From: Octopus bimaculoides
Taxonomy: Eukaryota
Assembly: GCF_001194135.2 (NCBI RefSeq)
Contig: NC_068983.1
Location: 44,638,026 to 44,702,025, forward strand
Reading direction: 5' to 3'
DNA: 64,000 nt
The position numbers and the translations under genes were made by a program. Positions 36,891-49,764 of the stretch are shown piece by piece; positions within the stretch are counted from its first letter, which is position 1, and the number at the start of each line of letters is the position of its first letter. The notes below the pieces were generated by a model. That model was not told the DNA's origin. It worked only from the letters and a program-made list of their open reading frames with translations, and searched no databases.

Positions 36891-37360
36891 TTGTGCGCAC
36901 ATACAGACACGCATACAACGTGGAAGTCAACGCGTGAGTAAGGCCCCTTCCTAAATTCAAATAAGTCTGTGCAAGCGTTTGGAGAGTTCAAAGAAGTTCT
37001 TGTGCATGAGTTATTTTTTAGTGGTTAAAGTGTAGCACAGCACCGAACTCATTCTTCAATGCAACCAGCTATAAAACTTTAAACCGCACACGATAGCGGG
37101 GCCTTGGTTATGAGACCTCCAGGGTTTTGAAGAGTGTGGAATCACCTCTTAGCCACTATTGTTTCCAGGTCTCAGGGTCCCAGCTATTGTGCAATTAGCA
37201 TGTGAACGATTGAGTGTGAAGGGTCCCTAGTTATCATTAGAACTTCTAGGAATAGGTGAACTCGTATAGGAAAAAGTGCAGTTGGTTTCTGCTCGTTCAA
37301 CCTCTGTTGTGCACTCGTTTTCTTTCTCTCCTTCTTTCCAGCTGTTTTCTCTCTTCACTC

Positions 37361-37396
37361 CTTTTTGTAGAAGAGCGAAGGCTCGAAACGTCAAAG
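37361..37396 (+). ncRNA. Variant minimal hammerhead motif in a Penelope-type fragment
   Basis: CUUU-UUGUAGA-A-GAGC-gaag-GCUC-GAAAC-GUC-AAAG; stems I and II pair; core differs at positions 3 and 6. Confidence 0.5.
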
Positions 37397-37474
37397 ACTC
37401 TTCAATTTTTCTCGATTGTCAAACTAATTACACATTGTTTGTTGTTCCTTTACGTGTCTATCTTTTGTACAAGC

Positions 37475-37512
<38 letters not shown>

Positions 37513-38151
37513 NNNNNNNNNNNNNNNNNNNNNNNNNNNNNNNNNNNNNNNNNNNNNNNNNNNNNNNNNNNNNNNNNNNNNNNNNNNNNNNNNNNNNNNN
37601 NNNNNNNNNNNNNNNNNNNNNNNNNNNNNNNNNNNNNNNNNNNNNNNNNNNNNNNNNNNNNNNNNNNNNNNNNNNNNNNNNNNNNNNNNNNNNNNNNNNN
37701 NNNNNNNNNNNNNNNNNNNNNNNNNNNNNNNNNNNNNNNNNNNNNNNNNNNNNNNNNNNNNNNNNNNNNNNNNNNNNNNNNNNNNNNNNNNNNNNNNNNN
37801 NNNNNNNNNNNNNNNNNNNNNNNNNNNNNNNNNNNNNNNNNNNNNNNNNNNNNNNNNNNNNNNNNNNNNNNNNNNNNNNNNNNNNNNNNNNNNNNNNNNN
37901 NNNNNNNNNNNNNNNNNNNNNNNNNNNNNNNNNNNNNNNNNNNNNNNNNNNNNNNNNNNNNNNNNNNNNNNNNNNNNNNNNNNNNNNNNNNNNNNNNNNN
38001 AATTTTAATTTTTATTAAATTCAATTTAATTGAGTTTTTACCTGTAAATTTGGATTTTTATCCCTAATATAATAATAATAATAATAATAATATATATATA
38101 TAATAAAATGACAACAAAAGAATGAGACCTCGATATTATGTAAGGAGAGGA

Positions 38152-38205
<54 letters not shown>

Positions 38206-38991
38206 ATAGAATAGGACAATCAGTAAGTTGTCGGCATTTGGAACTCTGAGTTCTATTATGACAACTTACAGATTGTCCTATATTATATATAGGTTAGTTT
38301 ACATAAACGTGCGGAATAGAATTCATTAGCAGCATAGCTTATATTATTCCAGCTGTTGTCAAGAAATTGAATGAGTTACTCAAAGACCTAGAGTTTCGCT
38401 CCGAAACACATGCTGAACTGAACGAAATTTATAGAAGAAAAGATATCGTGCCATATAACACACACACATATGTATGTATAAAATTTAAGGCTGAGATTTC
38501 AATGAGAGCAGTATGGATTTATGAACATTAAGATAGAAAAAAAATGAAGTGGAATGGAGAACTACGTGTCTCTTGTTTGTCGAGTAAAATTTCTTAGTAG
38601 GCTTTTCGTTGAGAACGAGGTATCTTCATAGATACACCTACAGCTGTATACGTACATACATGCACGTATGTGTGTGTGTGTATCTATTTTACTATTACAA
38701 GGGCAGTGGAGACAGTGACTTCGAAGTTTCAGTCTGCTAGCCTTTATTGAAACGTGTGTGTGTGTGTGTACGTCAAATTTATCGACTTGGTTTTTTTAAT
38801 GTAAACTCAGTAAATGAATATCCCATTCAGTCGTGAATTATGCAACTTAGGTAACGTGTAACTTCCTTTCGTCTTATGAGTTTGCTTACCCGGCTGAGAA
38901 ATCGCTTTCTTTTTTAATCAGTTGATGTGCTAGAAAAACTATACGTCTACATTTGGTTGTACAGACAAGATAAATAGAATTCAAAACGTAC

Positions 38992-39054
<63 letters not shown>

Positions 39055-40199
39055 AAACATGTATTTATATAAGTTTATATTTGTGTATGCATGTTTGTAT
39101 TATGTACGCATACATATGTGTATATAAAACAGTCGCAGGCGTGGCTGTGTAGTAAGAAGCTTGCTTCCCAATCACGTGGTTCCGGGTTCAGTCCCACTGC
39201 GTGGCACCTTCGGCAAGTGTCTTCTACTATAGCCTCAGGCCGACTAAAGCCTTGTGAGTGGATTTGGTAGACTGAAAATGAAAGAATCCCGNNNNNNNNN
39301 NNNNNNNNNNNNNNNNNNNNNNNNNNNNNNNNNNNNNNNNNNNNNNNNNNNNNNNNNNNNNNNNNNNNNNNNNNNNNNNNNNNNNNNNNNNNNNNNNNNN
39401 NNNNNNNNNNNNNNNNNNNNNNNNNNNNNNNNNNNNNNNNNNNNNNNNNNNNNNNNNNNNNNNNNNNNNNNNNNNNNNNNNNNNNNNNNNNNNNNNNNNN
39501 NNNNNNNNNNNNNNNNNNNNNNNNNNNNNNNNNNNNNNNNNNNNNNNNNNNNNNNNNNNNNNNNNNNNNNNNNNNNNNNNNNNNNNNNNNNNNNNNNNNN
39601 NNNNNNNNNNNNNNNNNNNNNNNNNNNNNNNNNNNNNNNNNNNNNNNNNNNNNNNNNNNNNNNNNNNNNNNNNNNNNNNNNNNNNNNNNNNNNNNNNNNN
39701 NNNNNNNNNNNNNNNNNNNNNNNNNNNNNNNNNNNNNNNNNNNNNNNNNNNNNNNNNNNNNNNNNNNNNNNNNNNNNNNNNNNNNNNNNNNNNNNNNNNN
39801 NNNNNNNNNNNNNNNNNNNNNNNNNNNNNNNNNNNNNNNNNNNNNNNNNNNNNNNNNNNNNNNNNNNNNNNNNNNNNNNNNNNNNNNNNNNNNNNNNNNN
39901 NNNNNNNNNNNNNNNNNNNNNNNNNNNNNNNNNNNNNNNNNNNNNNNNNNNNNNNNNNNNNNNNNNNNNNNNNNNNNNNNNNTTTTTTTGGAGGAACGCC
40001 TGAGGCAGGATGGCCACTGAAAACCACCCACAAGATGTAGCACAAACACACACAAAGAAAAATGAAAGAAATGAATGTACACTTGTGAGATACATGCATG
40101 CAATGTTTCTGAAAGGAAAGAAAATATATGAGTGCACAAGTGTGTGTGTGTGAGAAAAACACAGAACATATTAAAAGTGTCTGTAGAAAAAAAAAAATC

Positions 40200-41346
40200 C
40201 AGTTTGTATAAGAGTTACACAAGATTATAGTATGTCCATACGCAGGAAGTTGTTGTCCGTGAGCAGAGCTGTAGTTGAGCATCGATGCTAGTTGAGACCT
40301 GTTACCTGGCACTGAATATTCTATAAAGGTTACACAAGGAAATTTGGAATGTTAATACGCAGGAAGTCGTGGTCAGTGAGCAGAGCTATAGTTGAGCGTC
40401 GGATGCTAGTTGAGACCTGTTACCTGGTATTAAATATCCTAGTCGGTTAGTTCTGACTGTTGTCCGTGAGTAGATATTCCACTCATACAGTGAAGATAAA
40501 ACCGAGTGTGTTGATATTGGTTGCTTGTGTACTTGGTGGTGGGGTTGTTGGCGAATGACATTGTGGTAGACAGTACATTGGTGGTGAAGACGTCGGCGCC
40601 GGAACTGGCTATAGTTGTGTTCTGTATGTGTGGCGGTAATGATATCCTGTTGAAACTGTCGGCGACGTCGGGGGAATGCTTGTAGTTGGTAGTGGTGGTT
40701 GTTGTCGTCGCGATGGTAATCTTGGTTGAACGAAGCTGTTGGCGAAAAGGCTGCTTGGTGATGATGGTGTTTGAAGAGGTACGCTTTTACAGATGGTCGA
40801 CAGACACAATCTGTACGACCATTAGCGAAAACCTTGAAGAAATTTTTAACCCAAGATGAAATTGTTCGCATGTGACGAGCATGTTGCTGCTATTTTTAGC
40901 AAATAGATGACGCTGTGTAAAAATGAATTTGACGTCTCGTATAGTATTATTGGTTGGTAGTCCAGAATCCATGGCCGCGTTTGCTCTTTAGTCGGGGTCA
41001 CCAGTTTGTAGGAAATTGTTAAATAGCTCAGCGGGCTGCTTGTTTGAATCACGTCGGGGTCACCAGTTTGTAGGAAATTGGTTATACATCATTAGGTGTA
41101 CACCCAGTTTACTATATTAAATTAGGAATGAACGGAACGCAGAACTCCAAACTATCAACACAAACAATATTTATTTAAGGAGGTAAATAGACAGCTTTAC
41201 TCTTGGTTGTTGAGACGCCTTCTGTGTGTGAGAACATGGTTGCTGAGACGCCGGAATGTTGATGTGTGCTGTCTGGCGTGAGTTTGAAAGATGGAGAGAA
41301 GGCTTGACGCGTCCATGCTCAATGCCGGCCAGGCGAGAAAGAGACA
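40200..41346 (-). mobile_element. Decayed Ty3/Gypsy LTR retrotransposon, 5' part
   Basis: LTR (41069 to the gap at 41347) with AATAAA, ending CTACA; PBS; gag-like start MDSGLPTNNTIRDVKF at 40972; P/S/T/Q-rich linker; protease-flap-like LIPGNRSQLASDAQL..SAHGQQLPAYGHT. Confidence 0.8.
41047..41065 (-). promoter_or_regulatory. Primer binding site complementary to tRNA-Trp
   Basis: Plus strand AATCACGTCGGGGTCACCA equals the 3' end of metazoan tRNA-Trp plus CCA; 3 nt from the LTR end. Confidence 0.85.
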
Positions 41347-42262
41347 NNNNNNNNNNNNNNNNNNNNNNNNNNNNNNNNNNNNNNNNNNNNNNNNNNNNNN
41401 NNNNNNNNNNNNNNNNNNNNNNNNNNNNNNNNNNNNNNNNNNNNNNNNNNNNNNNNNNNNNNNNNNNNNNNNNNNNNNNNNNNNNNNNNNNNNNNNNNNN
41501 NNNNNNNNNNNNNNNNNNNNNNNNNNNNNNNNNNNNNNNNNNNNNNNNNNNNNNNNNNNNNNNNNNNNNNNNNNNNNNNNNNNNNNNNNNNNNNNNNNNN
41601 NNNNNNNNNNNNNNNNNNNNNNNNNNNNNNNNNNNNNNNNNNNNNNNNNNNNNNNNNNNNNTATATATAATGTATGTGTGTGTGTGTGTTTGTCTTCCCC
41701 CCATCGCTTGACAACCTATGTTGGTGTGTTTACGTCCCCGTAACGTAGCGGTTCGGCAAAAGAGACCGATAGAATAAGTCCTGGTGTTGATTCGTTCGAT
41801 TACAGGTGGTACTCCTATAATCCTATGGTCGCAGTCAAAATGACTGAAGCGAGTAAAAGAGTTTGTATGTATACATGTATATTTATACAAGTGTCCTGTT
41901 TATTTAATTCTCTTATGACCTATATCAGTAACACAAGATTTCCTTTCTTCTCTTTTGTCATGGCACTCGTCGAACTAGATCAGGTTTGAAAGTTACATAA
42001 TATTATTCATTGAAGAAAAATTGTTGAATGGACCATTGATAATGGGTTAAGAATTTCGCCTTGCAATCATAAAGTCAAAAGTTCAATCCCGCTGCGTGGC
42101 ATCTTGTGCAAATGACTTTTTCTAATGCCCTGGGTTGACCCATGCTTTGTGAGTAAAGCTGTGTTGATGGAAACTGTGTGGAAGCCTGTCAGATAGATAG
42201 TAGATGTAATTGAAAGGTTTGCCCTCATCACTCTGTATTACACTGATTCTACTTCAGAATTA

Positions 42263-42990
42263 GGATCCTTGGGGTTTGACGGGCAACATTTTTTTGTAAT
42301 GTTTTTGGTACCGAAACACTTTCAAACTTCGAATATTTGTATATTTTGTGGTATAGAACAGATAAAAAATTTTGTATTCGAAGTTATCTTATGAAAAAAT
42401 TGTCGTATTTCGGTAATTTCAACCAATCACTGACGTCTATTGAGGTGAAAACAATTAATGCCGTAACTAAAATTAGTCCCGTTGTTTGTCAACAACAACT
42501 ACCCATGTTACTCTTATTTATGAGATCGTTCGTGCGTTTGTACTGGTTTTAGCTTTAGGGTTCGGGTTTTAGAGTTAGTGTTAGTTTTAGGATTACGGTT
42601 AGGGTTATGATTATTTTTGCCATAACCTTAACTCTAACCCTATAACTCATAACCATAACCCTAACCCCAACCCTAACCCTAAAACACGAACCCTAACCCT
42701 AAAACACGAACCCTAACCCTAAACCCTTACTAGGGAATAATGATATAATTAAACAGGGAATAACACACTTGACACCAAACAGCAGTAACTGTATACAGCT
42801 GAATAGATGTCAGTGATTGGTTGAAATTACAGAAATACGACAACTTTAACATGAAATAACTTGCGATGTACAATTTTTTGTTAAGAAGGTTAAGAGAAGA
42901 AGTTGTTTTATATGACACATTCTACCAGTGTCCCAAGTTTGAAAGTGTTTCGTTAAGAAAACAAATGTTGCCCGTCAAACCCCAAAGATC
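42263..42990. mobile_element. Non-autonomous DNA element with long inverted arms and a central TTAGGG/TAACCC inversion
   Basis: GGGGTTTGACGGGCAACATTT (42271) / AAATGTTGCCCGTCAAACCCC (42963-42983); imperfect inverted identity extends about 190 bp inward; another fragment at about 63272-63420. Confidence 0.8.
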
Positions 42991-44038
42991 CCAGAATTAT
43001 GTTATGAGTACAGGTATCTGTGGAGTACTCTGCTACTTACACACTAACTGAATGAGTCTTGCGGGTTCAGTTGATCGAACAACTGGTGCCAATACTTGGA
43101 AGTTCTGACCAAGGTCCAAGCATGGCTGTGTTAAGTTTGCTTCCCAACCATGTCATAGCCCTGGGCTGACCAAAGCCTAGTAAATAGATTTGATCCAGAA
43201 CCATCTCACTTGTTAGTTGTTTGTGGGGTATTACTAGTGTTCTCCATACCCTTATGTTACTGTAGCTCTCCCACCCCACTTCTCCTCATGCACTACACTT
43301 GTCTGTCTCCCTACTCTGTTCCTGCCATCTACCCAAACATGTCATCTCTCTCCTCTCCTTGTCATCTGTATCATCATTACTACCCTGCTGCTAGTGTCCC
43401 CACTAGCCTTCTCAACTCATGCACCCGTTGCCCCTCAGTCCTTCTCAATTTTTACAGATGTTGCTTATCCTCTTGCCTCCTTCTCTCCCATTTCCTTTAT
43501 CTACCCTCCCCCTCCGTGCACTCTTGCAACACCCACCCCACCCATCCACTACTACTCACCTAGTGCTTTAAGGTGTCACATGGACACCTCACCACTCTCT
43601 CTCTCTCTCTCTCTCTGCCAATTCATTCTCTGTCTTTCACCTAATTGTGAATAGCTATGTAGCTCCTCTGCAACAAGAAATTACTTCACCTCAACCTCTT
43701 CCTTCATACCTTAACCCCCATCTAATATAAGAATGCACCCCCCTCAAACTTGTGAGCTACATGGTGACCTCAAGAGTACCAGTGGCACATGAAAAGCACC
43801 CAGTACACACTGTAAAGTGATGGGCGTTAGGAAGGGCATTGAGCCAGAGATCATGCCAAAGCATACTCTGGAGTACGATGTGGTCCATGGGCTTATTGGA
43901 TCCTTGTCAAACCATCCAATCCATGCCAGCATGGAACATGAATGTTAAATGATGATGATGTGTGTGTGTATGTATGCATGTATGTAGGTGCATGTGTCTG
44001 CTATCTTTATATCATCATTGTTATTTAACAACTGTGTG

Positions 44039-44073
<35 letters not shown>

Positions 44074-45525
44074 TATATACATACACATACAACAATTTTT
44101 CAGTTTGTCTGTCAAATCCACTCATGAGGCTTTGGTCAGCCTAGAATTATAACAGAAGACACTTGCAATAGTACCACAATGTGGGATTGAACCCAAGGTC
44201 AGATAGCTGGGAAGCAAGTTTCTTAACCAGATAGCTGTGCCTGTACTCTCACTTATAATTTCAAATCAAGCCCTTCGTTATGTCCACAAGGGTAGCCTGT
44301 TCTCAGTCCATGATCCACACTAGGAATATTCTGAACCAGAGGACATATTTATTCTTTAATTAATACAGGGACTAAATTCATGTTTCAATTAATCGTTAAG
44401 CATTAAGTATTTTGTTACAACATTTATGTTAAAACGTACAGATTTTGTTTCAAGAATTCTAGAACCAGGGGTCTAATATCAAAAGGGTTAAGTCAAGTAA
44501 TTTAGGTAGGAGATACGAGCTCAATCCAGGATCAGTAAAATGGCAAATATACTGGTGCAGGAATGGTTGAGTGGTTCTGAAATTCACTTAGCAACCACGT
44601 GATTTTTAGTTCAGTTCCATACACAGTATCTTGGATAAATGTCTTCTACTATAGCCTTTTTTTTTTCTACTCTAGGCACAAGGCCAGAAATTGGGGGGGG
44701 GGGAGCAGTGATTAGATTGACCCCAGTACGCAACTGGTACTTATTTTATTGACCCTGAAAGGATGAAAGGCAAAGTCAACCTCAGCGAAATTTGAACTCT
44801 GAATGTAAAGACAGACGAAATACCGCTAAGCATTTCGTCCGGAGTGCTAATGTTTCTGCCAGCTCCCCGCCTTCTACTATAGCTCTGGGCTGACCAATGC
44901 CTAGTGAGCAAATTTAGTAGACAGAAGCTGTGTGAAAGTCAACTGAGTGAGCATATGTAAGTGAGAGAGAGAGAGAGGAGGTGTGTGTGTTCCCCACTAC
45001 AACTTGACAATTGGTATCTTGAATTCTGGTATCCTTGTTGATATCCTAATAGAGTTATTAAACCAATTCAATGCATATATATTGACAGCTGTGCTATGTT
45101 AAATTCAAAGTTACTAATTAAAATGTCATCTACCTATATATGTACATGCATGTATATATGAATTTATGTGTACGCTTATATATTTGGCTTTAGGACCTCC
45201 TGGCTGCTTAGCCTATTACATGGCACGCCTCCTCCACTGAGTTTGGTCAGCTGATACTCTTGCACATCCATTCATCATCACTATCATCATCGTTTAACAT
45301 CCGCTTTCTATGCTAGCATGGGTTGGACGATTTGACTGGGAAGTAGCAAACTAGATGGCTACACCAGACTCCAATCTGATTTGGCAGAGTTTCTACAGCT
45401 GGATGCCCTTCCAAACATCAACCACTCTGAGAGTGTAGTGGGTGTTTTACATGCCACCGGCACAAAGGCCATTCAGGTGGTACTGGCAACAGCCATGCTC
45501 AAAATGGTGTATCACCAAGCAATGC

Positions 45526-45593
45526 AAGAGGAAGACGTGAGTGGAAGAGGAAGACATGAGTGGAAGAGGAAGACGTGAGTGGAAGAGGAAGAC
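45526..45593. repeat. 19-bp minisatellite x3.5
   Basis: AAGAGGAAGAC(G/A)TGAGTGG units at 45526, 45545, 45564 and a partial at 45583. Confidence 0.9.
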
Positions 45594-45615
45594 CAAAGAA
45601 AACAGGAGAAGAAGG

Positions 45616-45683
45616 GGTGAAAGCCAATATCAGGTAAAAGCCAATATCAGGTGAAAGCCAATATCAGGTGAAGGCCAATATCA
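45616..45683. repeat. 17-bp minisatellite x4
   Basis: GGTGAAAGCCAATATCA units at 45616, 45633, 45650 and 45667. Confidence 0.9.
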
Positions 45684-46351
45684 AAAGATAAAAAATGATC
45701 GAACATTGAGAGATGTTGTTCTGTAGAAGAGTTAACCAACTCATAGGAGTACTGAAAATTAAGCAACATGATAATGATGATGATGATGAGGACAAGGAAG
45801 AAACAGTCCTTAATACATCAGGAGGAGCATGTATATTTTTGGAAGCAGATGGCTTCATGGAGTTACTGATGCACACAAGTTTTGTTTACATGTGACCAAA
45901 TATTTGACAACTGGAAACATATTTACATACATACACACACGCACATACATGTGTAAAATGATAATGGTAATCACACACACACATACACAATACACAAGTT
46001 TTGTTTGTACACGTCCAAATATTTGACAACTGTAAACATACTTTATGTGTGTGTGTGTGTGAGTGTGTGTGTACGAGTGTGTGTGTATGTATGTGTGTGT
46101 ATGTATGTGTGTGTATGTGTGTGTGCCTGTGTATATGTATGTGCGTGCATAAAATGATACCACTCACACACACACACTTTAATGCAGATATGGTTGCATG
46201 GTTAAGAAGTTTGCTATGCAACCACATTGTTTTAGGTTCAGTCCCACAGCAGGGTTCCTAGGGCAAGTGTTTTCTGTAGCTCTAGGTCAACTAATGTTTT
46301 GTAACTTGTACAAAGCTCACTGTATGCGTGTGTGTGTGTGTGTGTATACAC

Positions 46352-46392
<41 letters not shown>

Positions 46393-46480
46393 TTAGGGAA
46401 AATAACCAAGTTTTTACCTGTAATTTTGGATTTTGTCCCTAATATTATTATATATATATATATATATACATACACACATA

Positions 46481-47393
46481 CCGTAACATATTTGCCAACT
46501 AAGTGTGGCATCCTATACAGGACAGTGCTACTGATGTTTATAACTCCAGGAGACATCTCCTCCAGCTGGCTAACAACACACAGTCTGTGTCCGATTAGTG
46601 TTTGCAAGGGGCGGTCATCGCTCCCATCTTTAGCCTTATGTAATACATACAGACTTGAGTTTCTGAGTGACTACCTGTCTTCAGCGTGTGTTAACCACTA
46701 GCTAGTGATTGAAGCTAGTGGAGGCGCAATGGCCCAGTGGTTAGGGCAGCGGACTCGCGGTCATAGGATCGCAGTTTCGATTCCCAGACCGGGCGTTGTG
46801 AGTGTTTATTGAGCGAAAACACCTAAAGCTCCACAAGGCTCGGCAGGGGATGGTGGCGAACCCTGCTGTACTCTTTCACCACAACTTTCTCTCACTCTTA
46901 CTTCCTGTTTCTGTTGTGCCTGTAATTCAAAGGGTCAGCCTTGTCACACTGTATCACGCTGAATATCCCCGAGAACTACGTTAAGGGTACATGTGTCTGT
47001 GGGGTGTTCAGCCACTTGCACGCTAATTTCACGAGCAGGCTGTTCCGTTGATCGGATCAACTGGAACCCTCGACGTCGTAAGCGACGGAGTGCCAACAAC
47101 AGTGATTGAAGCTCATTCCACTTGCAAATTACTATATATTTTTCTAATGGAATGAGCTTCCATCACTAGCTGGTGAATGACACATACTGAGGATGGGTAA
47201 CCACCCAGAAACTCGAGTTCATGTGTATTACGTAAGGCTAGAGATGGGAGCGATGACCTCCCCTTGCGAATACCAATTGGACACAGAATGTGCGTCATTA
47301 GATAATTGGAGAAAATGTCTTCCTGGGGCTATAAACATCAGTAGCACTGTCCTGTATAGGATGTCACACTTAGTTGGTAAATATATGTTACGG
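46481..47393. mobile_element. Foldback MITE (about 240-bp arms) split by a SINE
   Basis: CCGTAACATATTTGCCAACTAAGTGTGGCATCCTATACAGG... is the reverse complement of ...CCTGTATAGGATGTCACACTTAGTTGGTAAATATATGTTACGG. Confidence 0.85.
46717..47100 (+). mobile_element. SINE family A, full length, 13-bp TSD
   Basis: TSD AGTGATTGAAGCT at 46704-46716 and 47101-47113; A box TGGCCCAGTGG and B box TTTCGATTCCC. Confidence 0.92.
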
Positions 47394-47464
47394 TTCCATA
47401 CTGGTACTGTTTATATCTCACTCGGAGATTTAATATAACATTCTCTCTCTTATCATCATCATCA

Positions 47465-47497
<33 letters not shown>

Positions 47498-48275
47498 CAT
47501 CATGCTCCAATGCTTTGGAATGGTTTCTGTGACTGGATGCCGTTCCTAACACCAACAATTTTCCAGTGTGTACTGGGTGCTTTTTCCATACTACTGGTAT
47601 TATTGAGGTCACCGTCAAGCTCACATGTCTATAAAACCTGAGACTGGAGGTACTGGAGGTACGGGAGAAGATGATGGAATAGAGCAAGTTCTTGTGGAGG
47701 AGTTGCAGGGCTACTCACATTTAGGAGAGAGAGAGTGAGAATGAAATAGTGGTATCTCCAAAGAGACAGACAGATGGTGATGAGGTGTCCATATGGTACC
47801 TCAAAGCACGAGGTGGGTGGGAGTTTGCAAGAATGTATGGTGGGGAAGAGGCAGAGGAAATGGGAGAGCGGGAGGTAGATAGACAACATGTGTAAAGACT
47901 GAGAAGGGTTAAGGGGAGGGGGTGTACAAGTTGGTGAGGCTTGAGAGATGCTAGCAGCAGGGTAGAGCAATGATTGACAATGGGAAAAAAAGAGAGAGAG
48001 AGAGATGTCTGGGTAGGAAGCAAATGTGGACTAGAGGGAGAAATACATATACTGGGTGAAGAGGGATAACTTAGTGGTCCAACGTGGGAGAGAATAGCCA
48101 TTATGAAATGTGGATATAGGGAACAATATTAATGGATGAAGAATGACTAACAACTGAAATAGTTCTGGATAGCAAAAAAGAAAAATGCTATCAGAAGTGG
48201 GGGAAACTTCAGTGGGTAGGGGCAGAGGACATGGAGGAGATTAATTGAGTGAAGTGACCATGTATAGAATATATA

Positions 48276-48521
48276 CATTGTATTGTACCTAAGGCACCAT
48301 CCACTCCATCTAAATTCAGGACCAGGTACTGCAATAGTCTAGGGTTCAAAGGCCCACAGCTCTTCAATGCCCTGCCCCCAAAATTAAGAAACCTGAATAA
48401 GGTGGAAGTAGATGTCTTCAAACAGGAACTAGACATCCTCCTCTCCACAATACCAGATGAATCAACAGCTCAACATGAAGTGTAGACGGGGGCAGCAGAA
48501 TCAAACTCCCTTATACACTAA
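48276..48521 (+). mobile_element. CR1/L2-group LINE ORF2 C-terminus
   Basis: RTRYCNSLGFKGPQLFNALPPKLRNLNKVEVDVFKQELDILLSTIPDE...AAESNSL. Confidence 0.8.
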
Positions 48522-48663
48522 ATGAGCCAACAGCTGGGACAAAGGCACATACAGGAGTGGTGATGTGAAACACCCCAGACTGAATAAATCAGAAAGATCA
48601 CGGTGGTGCTCCAGCATAACTGCAGCTACATGGCTGAAACGAGTAAAAGAGTGTGTATATGTA

Positions 48664-48716
<53 letters not shown>

Positions 48717-48859
48717 ATACATACATATACACACACACACATATGCATACAGTATGTATGCACAAAAAGCTTCCAAAAGTGAGTTTCACCATGATGGGCA
48801 GGTATTCATAAAAACCTTATATTGCCAAATATCCTGATCTTTTGTCATTTCATCTGTGA

Positions 48860-49145
48860 GGCTTAGGGTCCAGAGGTCAGCTTTCACCACTTCATCCCAT
48901 GTCTTCGTAGGTCTTCTTCATCCACAAGCTCCAGCAACATTTAGTGACAAGCACATCTTTATACAGATATCCTCATCCATACACACCACATGTCCATATC
49001 AGCACAGTCTTCTTCTTTGCACACTACACCTGATTCCTTTTATGCCCAGTTTTTCTCTCTACATTTATACTATCTTGTTCATACACACTTACATTGCACA
49101 TTCAATGGAGCATGCGCGGATCATTTCTTTCCAGTTTTCTCATGT
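48860..49145 (-). mobile_element. RTE RT C-terminal fragment
   Basis: Minus frames give CSVQRRRLC.YGHVVCMDED...RRPTKTWDEVVKADL. Confidence 0.75.
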
Positions 49146-49484
49146 CATCTATGTTCAAGGTACCTGCCTATATATGTGTGTGTGTGTGCATATGCATCTG
49201 TCTGTAGCTCAAGAATCTTTCTATCCAAAAAATTGCTTGTGATATTATCAATATTTACCTATCAACAAGTTACCCAATGCAGTGGCTGCTTTCAAAGATC
49301 AGCGGAATGAAAACCCCCCTTACATGTAAAACTGGCAGGGTTTAGTGACAAGAAGGGTGTCTAGTTGTAAAACAATGTCTCAATAATATATATTCATCTA
49401 ACCTATGCTACATGTAAAATAAATGGATGTACATATACATACATGCAATATGTACATACCTATTTACACACACACAGTCATAGC

Positions 49485-49764
49485 CAAGGGCGTAGCTAGG
49501 GTAAATGGTACCAAGGGCAAGAATCAAAATTGTACCCGGCACCCCAACCAAAAAGCAGCGCATGCATTTTGTGAGGTCAAGTAAGAACACCTATTCTGCT
49601 TAATGGTATGGATGGTGATAAAGAAAACAAACCATGCCTGAAAAAATTTCAAAATTTTTTTTTTTAATAGCTTAATTAGAAAATGATCTTGGCCAAAATT
49701 GTGCCCTCCTCAAAGTGGTGCCCAGGGCATGTGCCCTGCTTGCCCAATCCTAGCTACACCCCTG
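49485..49764. mobile_element. hAT (Tip100-like) MITE
   Basis: TIRs CAAGGGCGTAGCTAGG / CCTAGCTACACCCCTG; TSD GTCATAGC / GTTATAGC. Confidence 0.8.

Noticed and set aside
41047-41065. tRNA-Trp gene fragment
   Set aside because: It includes the post-transcriptional CCA and abuts an LTR end, so it is a primer binding site.
46717-46790. tRNA-like sequence (also at 25676 and 9190-9263)
   Set aside because: A and B boxes are present but there is no proper acceptor stem, and each continues into a SINE body with tail and TSD.
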